NCBI GenBank assembly: GCA_965197645.1
Contig: OZ240219.1
Span: forward strand, 2,688,001-2,752,000
Source of the DNA: Dehalococcoidia bacterium
Lineage (GTDB): Bacteria; Chloroflexota; Dehalococcoidia; Plut-88900
DNA length: 64,000 nucleotides
Reading direction: 5' to 3'
The position numbers were made by a program, and so were the translations under genes. A model generated the notes under the pieces. It had not been told where the DNA came from, searched no databases, and saw only the letters and a list, made by a program, of their open reading frames with translations. Position 1 is the stretch's first letter; the number at the start of each line of letters is the position of its first letter. Positions 1 through 9,529 of this stretch are shown one piece after another.

Positions 1-1299
1 GCCAAGCTAGAGGAGGGTACCGTTTACCTCTACTGGACAGTCACCAAGCCGATCACCTCATGGCGGGACGTCATCGTTAGTGAGGTAGTAATCGATGGGA
101 TCACGGGCAAACGCGTGACCGGACTGAACTTATTCAACTACCGCCTTGAGGGCACAGTGTCCACGGCGCTGGCGCGCCTTGACCGTCTGACCTACCTAAA
201 CCTGGGCAACAACCAGTTGACAGGCCCCATACCCCCAGAGTTGGGAAGCCTCTCTAATCTGACAGACCTGACATTGACGGGGAACGAGCTGACCGGTCCC
301 ATACCCCCCGAGCTGGGCAACCTCTCTAATCTGACAAACTTGTATTTGGACTTGAACGAGCTGACCGGCCCCATCCCTCCAGAGCTGGGAAACTTCTCTG
401 AGCTAAGGCGCCTGCGTCTCCACGGCAACGAACTGACCGGTCCCATCCCCCCGGAGCTGGGAAGCCTATCCAACCTACGATATCTGTACCTTCACAGTAA
501 CGATCTGACCGGCCCCATCCCTCCAGAGCTGGGAAACCTCACTCAACTGATAGAGGTGCACCTTGAATACAATTCCCTCAGCGGTGCCATCCCACCGGAA
601 CTGGGTCGGCTAAGCAAACTACGGCGCCTGTATTTATATGACAACGACTTGGCCGGCGCCATTCCTCCAGAGCTGGGAAACCTTACTCAACTGATAAGGG
701 TGCACCTGCAAAATAATCAGCTTAGTAGCTCTATCCCTTCAGAGCTGGGCAACCTCACGAATCTGGAAGAATTGCACCTGTACAGTAACAAGCTGACCGG
801 CACAATTCCTCAAGAGCTGGGCAAGCTCGGATATCTGAGATACCTGTCCCTGGCCGATAACAGACTAACCGGCCCTATCCCACCCGAGCTGGGAGACCTC
901 TGGGATCTGTACTCTTTGAACCTATCCAGTAACAAGCTTACCGGCCTCATCCCCCCCGACCTGGCAGACCTCCCCAACCTGACAGGGTTGGTCCTTCACG
1001 AAAACTCCCTCAGTGGCCCCATTCCCCCAGAGCTGGGACACCTTGCTAATCTAGACATCTTGGGACTTGCCGACAACTCCCTCAGCGGCCCCATCCCACC
1101 GGAACTGGGGAACCTCTCCAACCTGAGCTGGTTGTACCTTAGTGACAACGATCTGACCGGCTCCATACCCCCAGAGCTGGGAGACCTATCCAACCTGGAA
1201 ATCCCGCACCTGAGTGGCAACCAGCTCAGCGGTTGCATACCGGACGAGCTGCCGGAGATATGGGTACAAGCAAGCGGGTTGGAGCGCTGCGGAGAGTAA
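1..1299 (+). CDS. Leucine-rich repeat protein, plant-specific 24-aa LRR type (5'-truncated by window edge)
   Basis: About 16 units of LxxLxLxxNxLTGPIPPELGNL; frame open from base 1 (AKLEEGTVYLYW...PITSW...RVTGLNL, N-cap-like); ends SGCIP. Confidence 0.93.
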   Translation, partial: AKLEEGTVYLYWTVTKPITSWRDVIVSEVVIDGITGKRVTGLNLFNYRLEGTVSTALARLDRLTYLNLGNNQLTGPIPPELGSLSNLTDLTLTGNELTGPIPPELGNLSNLTNLYLDLNELTGPIPPELGNFSELRRLRLHGNELTGPIPPELGSLSNLRYLYLHSNDLTGPIPPELGNLTQLIEVHLEYNSLSGAIPPELGRLSKLRRLYLYDNDLAGAIPPELGNLTQLIRVHLQNNQLSSSIPSELGNLTNLEELHLYSNKLTGTIPQELGKLGYLRYLSLADNRLTGPIPPELGDLWDLYSLNLSSNKLTGLIPPDLADLPNLTGLVLHENSLSGPIPPELGHLANLDILGLADNSLSGPIPPELGNLSNLSWLYLSDNDLTGSIPPELGDLSNLEIPHLSGNQLSGCIPDELPEIWVQASGLERCGE

Positions 1300-1395
1300 C
1301 AGGTGGAGAACTCATGAACATACGTATCTTGCGGTCCCGTCGGCTATGACACATTACTCTATCGTTCATCTAGGTACGTAACAGGAGGTATCGAT

Positions 1396-2154
1396 ATGCC
1401 CAAACTGTTCGAAGGTAAGGCAGCCCTGGTAACCGGAGGAAGCAGCGGTATCGGCCGGGCTACCGCCGCAGCGTTTGCCCGGGAAGGCGCGAAGGTTGCC
1501 GTTGCCGACGTTAATGCAGCGGGCGGCCGGGAAACGGCGTCAATGCTGGAGGAGAGCGGGGCCGAGGCGTTGTTCCTGCAGGCGGACGTGACCAAGGCCT
1601 CGGAGGTCGAAGCGATGGTCGACAAGGTCGTAGGAGCCTGGGGCAAGTTGGACTACGCCTTCAATAACGCCGGAGTGGGCGGAGGAGCAGGCTCCATATC
1701 CACGGTTACCGAGGCGGACTGGGACTTCGTGATGGACGTGAACTCCAAGGGCGTTTGGCTGTGCATGAAGTATGAGCTCCGGCAGATGGAGAAGCAGGGC
1801 GGCGGTGCGGTCGTCAACACGTCGTCGGTTTTCGGCCTGGCGGGCGACGCCGGAGGGGCGGCCTACACGGCCAGCAAACACGCCGTCATGGGTCTCACCA
1901 AGTCCGGCGCCCTGGAGTATGCCGAAAGCGGCATTCGAGTGAACGCGGTGTGCCCCGGATTTATCCGGACGCCGATGACCAAGGGCATCCAGGATGACCC
2001 CGAATCCCTGCGGCGGATGATGGCTCGACACCCCCTGGCGCGCGGCGCTGAGCCCGAGGAGGTGGCCGAGGCCGTGATCTGGCTATGCTCGGATGCGGCG
2101 TCCTTCGTCACCGGTCACGGTCTAGCCGTGGACGGGGGGTTCATGGCCATCTAA
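1396..2154 (+). CDS. Short-chain dehydrogenase/reductase (SDR)
   Basis: TGGSSGIG, NNAG, YTASK motifs; AGGAGG RBS. Confidence 0.95.
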   Translation: MPKLFEGKAALVTGGSSGIGRATAAAFAREGAKVAVADVNAAGGRETASMLEESGAEALFLQADVTKASEVEAMVDKVVGAWGKLDYAFNNAGVGGGAGSISTVTEADWDFVMDVNSKGVWLCMKYELRQMEKQGGGAVVNTSSVFGLAGDAGGAAYTASKHAVMGLTKSGALEYAESGIRVNAVCPGFIRTPMTKGIQDDPESLRRMMARHPLARGAEPEEVAEAVIWLCSDAASFVTGHGLAVDGGFMAI

Positions 2155-2211
2155 CGAGTGGTTTCCGCGTCGACGCCAAGCCTTCCGCTCACCCGGTGGA
2201 CCTCCAAGCGG

Positions 2212-2340
2212 TCAGCGAAAGTGGGGCACGATCTCCCTGGCGATGGTCTCGTACTGGCTCACCATGTCGGAGGGGCGAGCCAGACAGTGCAGCACGAAGT
2301 GGGTAACGCCGACCTCCACGTAATCCTCGAAGGCGATGTA
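2212..2340 (-). pseudogene. 3' remnant of an LLM-class flavin-dependent oxidoreductase
   Basis: DYVEVGVTHFVL...YETIAREIVPHFR* parallels the C-terminus of the LLM at 17119-18051 (FIDAGVTHFVF...ERLGKEIVPNFK*); no upstream LLM body. Confidence 0.6.
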
Positions 2341-2601
2341 CGAAGGCCCGAACTCTATCTTTGGCATTCCAGTTCTCTTCGGCCTCGCCTCAGTGACTTG
2401 TTGGAAACGGGACGTCTCTATTCGGCTGAAGCCCACGGCTGCATCGAGTAGGACTTGTTGTCAAGCGTTGGAGCTGCGGCGTGGACTTGGCCAAGTATAG
2501 CAGTACCACCATCTCCGTCGACGTTGCGTGCAGGAACGCCCTAAGTGAGCCGTTCTAAGGTCTGTTGTAGAATGAGCCATGACCGCCTCCGGTGGCCCCT
2601 A

Positions 2602-4080
2602 ATGGCATCAGTGATAATCGTCGCCTTCGACGGCTTACAGCCGCACCACGTACGGCCGGAGCTGATGCCCAATCTCGCCAGTTTCGCAAAGAGCGGGGTC
2701 ACTTTCGCCAGGCATCATTCAGTGTTTCCATCGATGACCCGGCCCAACGTGGCCAGCCTGGTCACCGGGTGCTACCCCGGCCGCCACGGCTTGATGGCCA
2801 ACACATTGGTGGTCCCCGGATTCAACGCTAATCGGTCGTTTCCGGCGATGGAACCCCAGCTTGGGCTACTGGCCCGTCAGACCAAAGGCGTGCTACTCGT
2901 TCCCACGCTGGCCGAAATCCTGGCCGACGGGGGCCGGGAGTACTGGGCAGTGGGAGTCGGCACCAGTGGCAACGCATATCTTCACAACCCGAACGCTTAC
3001 AGTTCGGGCGGGGCCACCATACACCCAGAGTTCTGTCTGCCCTCCGAATTACATACCGAGTTGGAGCAACGATTTGGGCCCTGGCCCGAAGCGGCGGTGC
3101 CGAACGTGCATCGGATGGCCCATGCACGACGAATCATGACCGATTACGTGCTCGCTGAGCGGGCCCCGGCAGTAGCGGCCATCTGGCTCTCCGAGCCCGA
3201 CTCCACCCAGCACCTTCACGGCATAGGTTCCGGGCCCGCCAATGAAGCTGCGCAAGCAGCGGACGCGCAGTTCGGGCAGCTAATAGATCGGCTCGCTACG
3301 ACCGGTGGAGACCGGGACACGGACATCATCGTTATATCGGACCACGGCTCTTCCACCATTCACGATGTAGTTGACGTCGAGGAGTTTGTTGTCCAGTGGA
3401 TGGCCGATTCTCAGCTGGACTTTGAAATCGAGGTAGTGCCCAATGGCGGCTGCGCCTTGCTTTATGTCGAGCAGATCGACCTGAGAGTCAGGAGGCAATT
3501 AGTTGAATGGCTTATGGAGCAGCCCTGGTGCGGCAATCTGATCGTTTCTCAAGGAGAGGACATACCCGGCACGTTGGCTGCGGGTCTAATCGGTTACCAG
3601 GGGCGCCGGACACCGGACATATCGCTATCGTTGAAGTGGGACGCCGAGAAGAATGAGGAGGGGATACAGGGACGCTCTTACTCCACGGGAGGAGCCGTTG
3701 GACAGAGCCAGCACGGATCGTTGAGCCCACTGGAGATGCGATGCGTGATGTTCGCTCAAGGGCCGAACTTCAAATCCAACGCAACGATTACCACGCCCTC
3801 CGCCAATACGGACGTGCTCCCTACGGTACTCCGGATTGTCGGTCTCGACTCTCGAGAGCCTGTCGACGGACGCGTACTCGAAGAGGCGCTGGTTGGCGGG
3901 CCCGACTCAACTGAAATCCGATGGGCCGAAGAGACTCACCGAGCGGAGACGACGGTAACGGGCGGCAGTTATCGCCAGCAAGTGACCGAGCTGAAGGTGG
4001 GCGAGTCGGTCTACATAGATGAGGGGAGAGCCGAGTTCGAGGCGAGCAAGGAACCGGGCCGTTGGAAAACCATCCCTTAG
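2602..4080 (+). CDS. Alkaline phosphatase superfamily protein (nucleotide pyrophosphatase/phosphodiesterase-like)
   Basis: IVAFDG, nucleophile SMTRPN, EPDSTQH, ISDHG, QHGS motifs; start could be 2572. Confidence 0.88.
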   Translation: MASVIIVAFDGLQPHHVRPELMPNLASFAKSGVTFARHHSVFPSMTRPNVASLVTGCYPGRHGLMANTLVVPGFNANRSFPAMEPQLGLLARQTKGVLLVPTLAEILADGGREYWAVGVGTSGNAYLHNPNAYSSGGATIHPEFCLPSELHTELEQRFGPWPEAAVPNVHRMAHARRIMTDYVLAERAPAVAAIWLSEPDSTQHLHGIGSGPANEAAQAADAQFGQLIDRLATTGGDRDTDIIVISDHGSSTIHDVVDVEEFVVQWMADSQLDFEIEVVPNGGCALLYVEQIDLRVRRQLVEWLMEQPWCGNLIVSQGEDIPGTLAAGLIGYQGRRTPDISLSLKWDAEKNEEGIQGRSYSTGGAVGQSQHGSLSPLEMRCVMFAQGPNFKSNATITTPSANTDVLPTVLRIVGLDSREPVDGRVLEEALVGGPDSTEIRWAEETHRAETTVTGGSYRQQVTELKVGESVYIDEGRAEFEASKEPGRWKTIP

Positions 4081-5825
4081 GACGATTCGGGATGGGCGAC
4101 ACGCACCACTATGACGTCGGTGTCCTGGTACTGTTGATGGCGCACGGAGGAAGCGAAGCTCCGCAGCAACCGCAGCGATAGCTCATTTTCCACCGGGGTC
4201 TCCGAGTCGTGCTGCTGGAGCTGGCGGATCTGGTCCTCCAGGTTCTCTTCGTTTCCCCCGCCTATGAACTCAAGCTCCGCCACAGGGCCTTCGCTGGACG
4301 CCAGGACCACCAATCTCCGCCCGTCCTTCTGCTCTTCGTCTTCATCTTCTTCCAGGTTCAGCGGGGCCAGCGTCAGAAGGGTCTCTTCCGCAACGGCGCT
4401 CAACCGGTCCTTCATCGCGGTGTCCCAACCCCTGCGGGTGGCGAACTTGCCCATAAACTCGTTGAGTTCCGGCAGAGAATCTATGTGAAGGGCCGACTTG
4501 AATCGAATTCGTCGCGGGCTACTGAACTCGAGGTACAAGACCATCGCAACGGCGGCCACTCCTCCGGTGGTTATGCCGCTCTGAATCAACGCTCCCCACA
4601 CCGGCCCGATCTCCGGCAGCGAGAACAGTCCAAACTGGAAAGCGGCGCCAATCCAGAAACAGATCCCCGCCACCAACACCTTTTGCCGGTTCTGCTCGGT
4701 CTGGATAACCGTCCGTGCCCCATCGACGAACAGTCCCCCGCTCAGTACGACAAGATACCCCGCCATTACCGGCCCCGGTATGGAGCTGAGCAGTCCGGAA
4801 ACCTTGGGCAGAAAGGCCACCGCTATGAGTATGCACCCGATGCAGTAACCCACCCGGCGGGAAGCGATGCCCGTTGTCTGGATGTATGAAACGATGCCCG
4901 GGTTGATGATGTTGGGCACTGCGCCCGCGATGCCGGCCAGCAAATTGGTCACGCCGGTCCCGGACAATGCCCCCTGCACTTGCCGGAAATCAACGGCCCG
5001 CTCGCTTCGCCAGGCGACCCGCTGGTAGGTTATCGATTCCCCGTTGGCCTGGATGCAAATCACCACGCTGAGAAACAGAAATGCCGGTAGCAGCGTCCAG
5101 AATGGTATGCCGAACTCTAGCCCCACCCCCGGCCATTCACTCGGCATTCCAACCCAAGGGGCCTTTAATATCCGCTCGGTTTCATACAAGCCGAAGATGG
5201 CGGCCACCACGCAGCCGGAGACTATGCCCAAGATCGGTCCCCACAGACGCAGTACCGCCGAGCCGCGCAGGATGAGCGCAGCAACTACGCCTATAGTAGC
5301 CAGCGCGGTCAGGTGCGCCCCCACTGCATCTTCAGAAGGTACCTCGTGGAGCAGACGCGGCACCACCGAAGCGAGGGTGATCGACAGGATCATCATCACC
5401 GTGCCGCCCACCGTTGGGGTGACGATCCGTCTCAAGATGAACAGCCACTTGGAAATGACGATCTGTATTGCCGCCGCGACGAGAACCAGGGTCGTCAGCG
5501 TTGCAGGTCCGCCGTCCACCACCGCAGTGATGCAAAATGGGATCGAGAAGGCGGCGGTGAACATGGGCAGAGCGGCTCCCGCTCCAATCGGTCCCAACCG
5601 CCGTACCTGTATCAGGGTGGACAGCCCGCAGACCACCAGCGAGGCGAAGACCATCCACCCCAGGTAGGACTCGCCCTCTCCCGATGCGTTGGCGACTACC
5701 ACCGGAGTTACCAACAATGTAGTGGCGGCGATCAGGCTGAACTGGAACCCGTAACCCAGAGAGGCCAGCACGGGTGGGTTTTCGTGCCCCTCGTAGCGAG
5801 GGTGCTGGGAAACCTGAGTAGCTAT
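4077..5825 (-). CDS. NCS2 (xanthine/uracil) permease with C-terminal soluble GHKL/HATPase-like extension
   Basis: Multi-TM body with NPGIVSYIQTTGIASRRVG resembling the NAT signature; about 150-aa cytoplasmic tail; probable ATA start at 5825 behind GGAGG (ORF track starts at GTG 5771). Confidence 0.8.
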   Translation of the reverse strand: MATQVSQHPRYEGHENPPVLASLGYGFQFSLIAATTLLVTPVVVANASGEGESYLGWMVFASLVVCGLSTLIQVRRLGPIGAGAALPMFTAAFSIPFCITAVVDGGPATLTTLVLVAAAIQIVISKWLFILRRIVTPTVGGTVMMILSITLASVVPRLLHEVPSEDAVGAHLTALATIGVVAALILRGSAVLRLWGPILGIVSGCVVAAIFGLYETERILKAPWVGMPSEWPGVGLEFGIPFWTLLPAFLFLSVVICIQANGESITYQRVAWRSERAVDFRQVQGALSGTGVTNLLAGIAGAVPNIINPGIVSYIQTTGIASRRVGYCIGCILIAVAFLPKVSGLLSSIPGPVMAGYLVVLSGGLFVDGARTVIQTEQNRQKVLVAGICFWIGAAFQFGLFSLPEIGPVWGALIQSGITTGGVAAVAMVLYLEFSSPRRIRFKSALHIDSLPELNEFMGKFATRRGWDTAMKDRLSAVAEETLLTLAPLNLEEDEDEEQKDGRRLVVLASSEGPVAELEFIGGGNEENLEDQIRQLQQHDSETPVENELSLRLLRSFASSVRHQQYQDTDVIVVRVAHPESS

Positions 5826-6110
5826 CGGATTTGCCTCCCAAGCCTGGTTGCGCGGCGGACTTGATCAGACGGTAGGCGTCCCTATCTTCGGGACATGAGC
5901 GGAACGGCAGACCTACCAGGTCTCGCCCCCCAAGATTATGAAGGTATGGGATAGTCTGATGCAACGCCCCGTATCGCCTACCCCCAAGAGGAGTTGTAGA
6001 CCTTGCCTGGCGAAAGGCACCGGGACACACTGCCACGCCATCCTTCGGGGCGATCATCGGTCGACGCTACGACGTGGTCGTGGCGATGGCCAGACTATGG
6101 AGCCGTTTGA

Positions 6111-6482
6111 TCAGACGTGCTGGTCCACCAGGACCGGGTTGCCGTCCGGATCCACAGCCACAAAGCTGGCCGGCCCAGTAGTCCCTTCGTCCGCTTCACT
6201 GCTCAGGCTTACACCGCTCGCTTTCAGTCGGCCCTGCAGCTCGCGCACGTCGGTGAAGGAGTCAAGGGGGCGAGCCTGACTATCCCAACCCGGGTTGAAA
6301 GTCAGGATGTTGTTATCGAACATGCCCTGGAAGAGACCGATGGTGTGATCGCCGTTTCTCAGGATTTGCCAGTTCTGAGAAGGGTCGCCTCCGACAACCT
6401 CAAACCCGAACTTCTCGTAGAAGACCCTTGAAGCTTCGATGTCCTTAACGGCCAGGCTAACGGAAAAAGCACCGAGCTCCAT
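6111..6482 (-). CDS. VOC (glyoxalase/bleomycin resistance) family protein
   Basis: [22 protein letters not shown]...[12 protein letters not shown]. Confidence 0.9.
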   Translation of the reverse strand: MELGAFSVSLAVKDIEASRVFYEKFGFEVVGGDPSQNWQILRNGDHTIGLFQGMFDNNILTFNPGWDSQARPLDSFTDVRELQGRLKASGVSLSSEADEGTTGPASFVAVDPDGNPVLVDQHV

Positions 6483-6637
6483 GTTCTGCCCCTCCATCAC
6501 TGTTTAATGGCGTCTCGCTGTTGCTGTCCTAAGGGTTCTTCCCAGTCTCAACAGGCAGCTGATTGGTTGCACTTTTTCCGAAGTAGTCCCCGGCCTTAGC
6601 TGAACAATGAAGCACGAGACTAAAGTGGCTTAGGAGA

Positions 6638-7054
6638 TTGGAATTGAGCAATGAAACCCCCGGATACCGCATCCAGGCTAAGAGGCTCGAACTAGACATG
6701 ACTCAGACTAAGCTGGCAAAGTTGGGCGGGCTTACCGAAGAATCAATCAATAGGATTGAAATCGGGACCATGCCAATCTCTATGATCGACGACTCATATC
6801 TGCCTGACATTGCGATCAAACTTCGCACAACTGTGGATTATATTCTGAATGGCGAGCTTCCATCGCAACGGTCGACGCGGGAAGAGTTGTTTGTCATGCT
6901 GGAGGAAGGCGTGATCCGTACTGTCGAGGAGCTTGAGCGTTTGGACAAATTCGCTATGGAATCAATTCGCCAGCGTAACAACGCTAACATCCCTCTGAGC
7001 CGAAATGAACTCCTGATACTACTAGAGGTTATGAGGGGCTCCGATGGGAAATAG
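6638..7054 (+). CDS. XRE-family HTH transcriptional regulator
   Basis: RIQAKRLELDMTQTKLAKLGGLTEESINRIEIG...TVDYILNG; overlaps the downstream peptidase by 11 nt. Confidence 0.85.
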   Translation: MELSNETPGYRIQAKRLELDMTQTKLAKLGGLTEESINRIEIGTMPISMIDDSYLPDIAIKLRTTVDYILNGELPSQRSTREELFVMLEEGVIRTVEELERLDKFAMESIRQRNNANIPLSRNELLILLEVMRGSDGK

Positions 7055-7937
7055 TCGGAAAGGTGATGCACACCCAAGCAGAACCGCACAAGAAATAATC
7101 AGCAGATTCATACCAGAGCATTCCAGACTTTCAGGAACAACCAATGCTGACCACCTCGAATCATTAGCAGCCGAATTGGGCGTCAAGAGCCGCCTGACCC
7201 GGCCGTTGACTGGCATCAAGGACCAACATCCGGGTGTCGATGCTATGCTTGTCCCTCTCCCCGGCGGGTACTCGGTTGTCATCAACGAGAACGCCCCATA
7301 CGGAAGGCAACGTTTCTCACTGGCACACGAGCTGGGACACATAATGTTGCTAGCGACAGAAACATCTACGCTGACAAGTCCAACACCGACCCGCTATCGT
7401 TCTTCCAACTCAGCTGTCAACGACACGAAGGCTGAGGAACACCTCTGCGACGCGATTGCGGCCGAGCTGCTAATGCCTGAAAAGATGTTCACTGATGAGA
7501 TCAGAAAGTTTGGAGCATCCCTTATGCATCTGTCACGGCTGGCCAATGTGTTTGACACGTCACTGACAGCAACGGCGATCAGGTATCGGGACCTGCTTCC
7601 TGAACCGTGTCACTTGATTCAATGGGAGTCGTCAATTCGCCGTAACGGAGACATCGTGGCCGAGTGGAAAATGCGCGACCGAGTGCCTGGTCCTTATCTT
7701 CATCCCGTAGTAGGGTCGTCAAGTGCGAGGCCAAATGAGTTTAGCACTGTACGGAAAAATTGGTCGACGTTGAAGAAATCAAAATCGCTCGAAAGCTTGT
7801 TAGTAAATGAAGTCATTGCAGGAAAACGTTACGTTCAGACACGGACATTCGAGGCGGAATCGATGGGGTTCGGCTATCAAAAGAGCCGAGCAGCGTTGAC
7901 TGCAGTTTACCTGAGCCGTATCCACGAAGGCACGTAA
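7044..7937 (+). CDS. ImmA/IrrE-family (peptidase M78) metallo-endopeptidase
   Basis: RQRFSLAHELGH (HExxH), EEHLCDAIAAELLMP, HTH LANVFDTSLTA, extra C-terminal domain. Confidence 0.9.
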   Translation: MGNSRKGDAHPSRTAQEIISRFIPEHSRLSGTTNADHLESLAAELGVKSRLTRPLTGIKDQHPGVDAMLVPLPGGYSVVINENAPYGRQRFSLAHELGHIMLLATETSTLTSPTPTRYRSSNSAVNDTKAEEHLCDAIAAELLMPEKMFTDEIRKFGASLMHLSRLANVFDTSLTATAIRYRDLLPEPCHLIQWESSIRRNGDIVAEWKMRDRVPGPYLHPVVGSSSARPNEFSTVRKNWSTLKKSKSLESLLVNEVIAGKRYVQTRTFEAESMGFGYQKSRAALTAVYLSRIHEGT

Positions 7938-8116
7938 CCGGCTCCACGCCAACCGGGACGGTGTGCCTTGCGCCGTTCACTGTATGGTGAGTTACTCGGC
8001 GCCGCTCAAGTGATACCGGACAAAGCACCGGGATGTGGCCTTGTCGTGCCTAAAGCCGTCTCGTTATGTCGAGTGTGCTGCTGGCCGGGGGCATGCCCAG
8101 TCCCTGAGAAGCCCCT

Positions 8117-8731
8117 CTAGTCCAGGCTGAACGGCGGATAGCGGTCGGTCAGGCCGACCATCCAAGAGTTCGCCCTGTAGGACCATCGCTGTATTCCCAC
8201 CACCAGGTCGAACATCCCCCTGGGATACCTACCCGTAATCAGCACCACCCAGTACCCGATGTAAACGACGGCGAACGACACTATACCCAGGAAATAAAGA
8301 ACCGCCATGTGAGGGATCAGCAATACGAACTTGAGCAATACCGCTCCCAAGAGTGCCAGCAATCTCGACGAGGATTCCGGGTAGTCGACATTCAATCTCG
8401 CGGGGTAGTCAGCCTCACCCAGGCTAAAGGGAGGGTAGCGATCGGCCAGGCCATTCATCCATGAATCGGTCCTCGTTGACCATCGCAAGACCCCGGCTAT
8501 GAAGTCAAACAAGCTCCTGGGGTACCTGCCCGTTATGAGCACCGCCAAATAGCCTATGTAGGAGGCGATGAAGAGCAATATGCCCAGGACCATGAGGATG
8601 AGTATGTGAGGGAGCAACAGGAGCCCCTTTATCCAAAGGACAGCCCCCAGCAACGCCAGCACTCTCGACGGGGATTCCGGATAGTCGACGTCAAACCTTA
8701 CGGGGTAATCATTCCCATCTGTTGCAGCCAT
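8117..8731 (-). CDS. DUF4389-like membrane protein, two internal repeats
   Basis: Two halves YPxRxxVDYPE...ITGRYPR..FD...G..RW...DRYPPFSL. Confidence 0.85.
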   Translation of the reverse strand: MAATDGNDYPVRFDVDYPESPSRVLALLGAVLWIKGLLLLPHILILMVLGILLFIASYIGYLAVLITGRYPRSLFDFIAGVLRWSTRTDSWMNGLADRYPPFSLGEADYPARLNVDYPESSSRLLALLGAVLLKFVLLIPHMAVLYFLGIVSFAVVYIGYWVVLITGRYPRGMFDLVVGIQRWSYRANSWMVGLTDRYPPFSLD

Positions 8732-8938
8732 CGGGCTTTCCTCCTTGTACGGTTGTACCGGAAACTCTGCTCCTTCCAGGCATCGGTCTTGATATAATCG
8801 CCGGGAGCAACACGGTTACCCGGCAGTATACACCGAGCCCCGGCATGTGTCCGATCATCGGCGGGAACCAGTAGTAAATCAAGCAAGGAGAAGAGTTGGG
8901 TGCTTTCGTGCCGTCGGTGCATGGCCGCCCGGGGTTTG

Positions 8939-8967
8939 TTGACAGGGGTTTAGCTCACGACTATGCT
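8939..8967 (+). promoter_or_regulatory. Sigma70-type promoter for the 9030 ORF
   Basis: TTGACA-N17-TATGCT. Confidence 0.6.
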
Positions 8968-9029
8968 TCGGGTCGCCGCCGGACCTGGCTGATCGAAAGG
9001 CGCCGGCCCTACGGAGGTGCGTCAAAACG

Positions 9030-9470
9030 ATGTTGAGACGGTTGGTAATCCCCGGAGTGTTCGTGACACTGGCCGTCATCGGCCTAGGCTGCTCAGGCTC
9101 TCCGGACGCCACGCAGACTCCCGAAGTATCGGACGAGGTTCGGAGGGCCGAGGCCGTCAGGCAGCTCGCCTTCGCCTACTGGGAGGCCTTCAACTCCTAC
9201 GATGCCGACCAAGTGCTGGGATACATGGAGGAGAGCTACCGCCAGCTGCGAGAGGACGAAATCATCTACGAGGTAGGAGCGATCGAGCGCTTTAGCGTAA
9301 AGCTCGGCGTAAGCGAGGAGTCTCCTCCACAGATGGTCGGCGACGGCGAAATGGAGATGTACTTGACCATGAAGGAACCCTTGGGGGAACGCCGCATCCG
9401 CATGGCCTTCCGAGAGGTGGCGGGGGAGTGGAAAGTCATCTTCTCCGAGCAGGTCGACCCAATTCCTTGA
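9030..9470 (+). CDS. Hypothetical lipoprotein (NTF2-like fold possible)
   Basis: Signal with lipobox IGLGC; GGAGGTG RBS; YWEAFNSYD...GEWKV pattern. Confidence 0.7.
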   Translation: MLRRLVIPGVFVTLAVIGLGCSGSPDATQTPEVSDEVRRAEAVRQLAFAYWEAFNSYDADQVLGYMEESYRQLREDEIIYEVGAIERFSVKLGVSEESPPQMVGDGEMEMYLTMKEPLGERRIRMAFREVAGEWKVIFSEQVDPIP

Positions 9471-9529
9471 TGCCCAAGGGGCGTCGTTGCAAATGGCGCA
9501 GAGGGGAGGGGGTTGCTTCCAGCGTTGAC

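Noticed and set aside
115-1260. 72-bp periodicity resembling a CRISPR or DGR array
   Set aside because: Fully explained by in-frame LRR coding; no cas or reverse transcriptase genes
7932-8069. Integron attC-like site (ACGTAAC...GTTATGT) and a cassette-array reading of the islet
   Set aside because: No convincing L boxes, no other similar sites, mixed gene orientations, no intI
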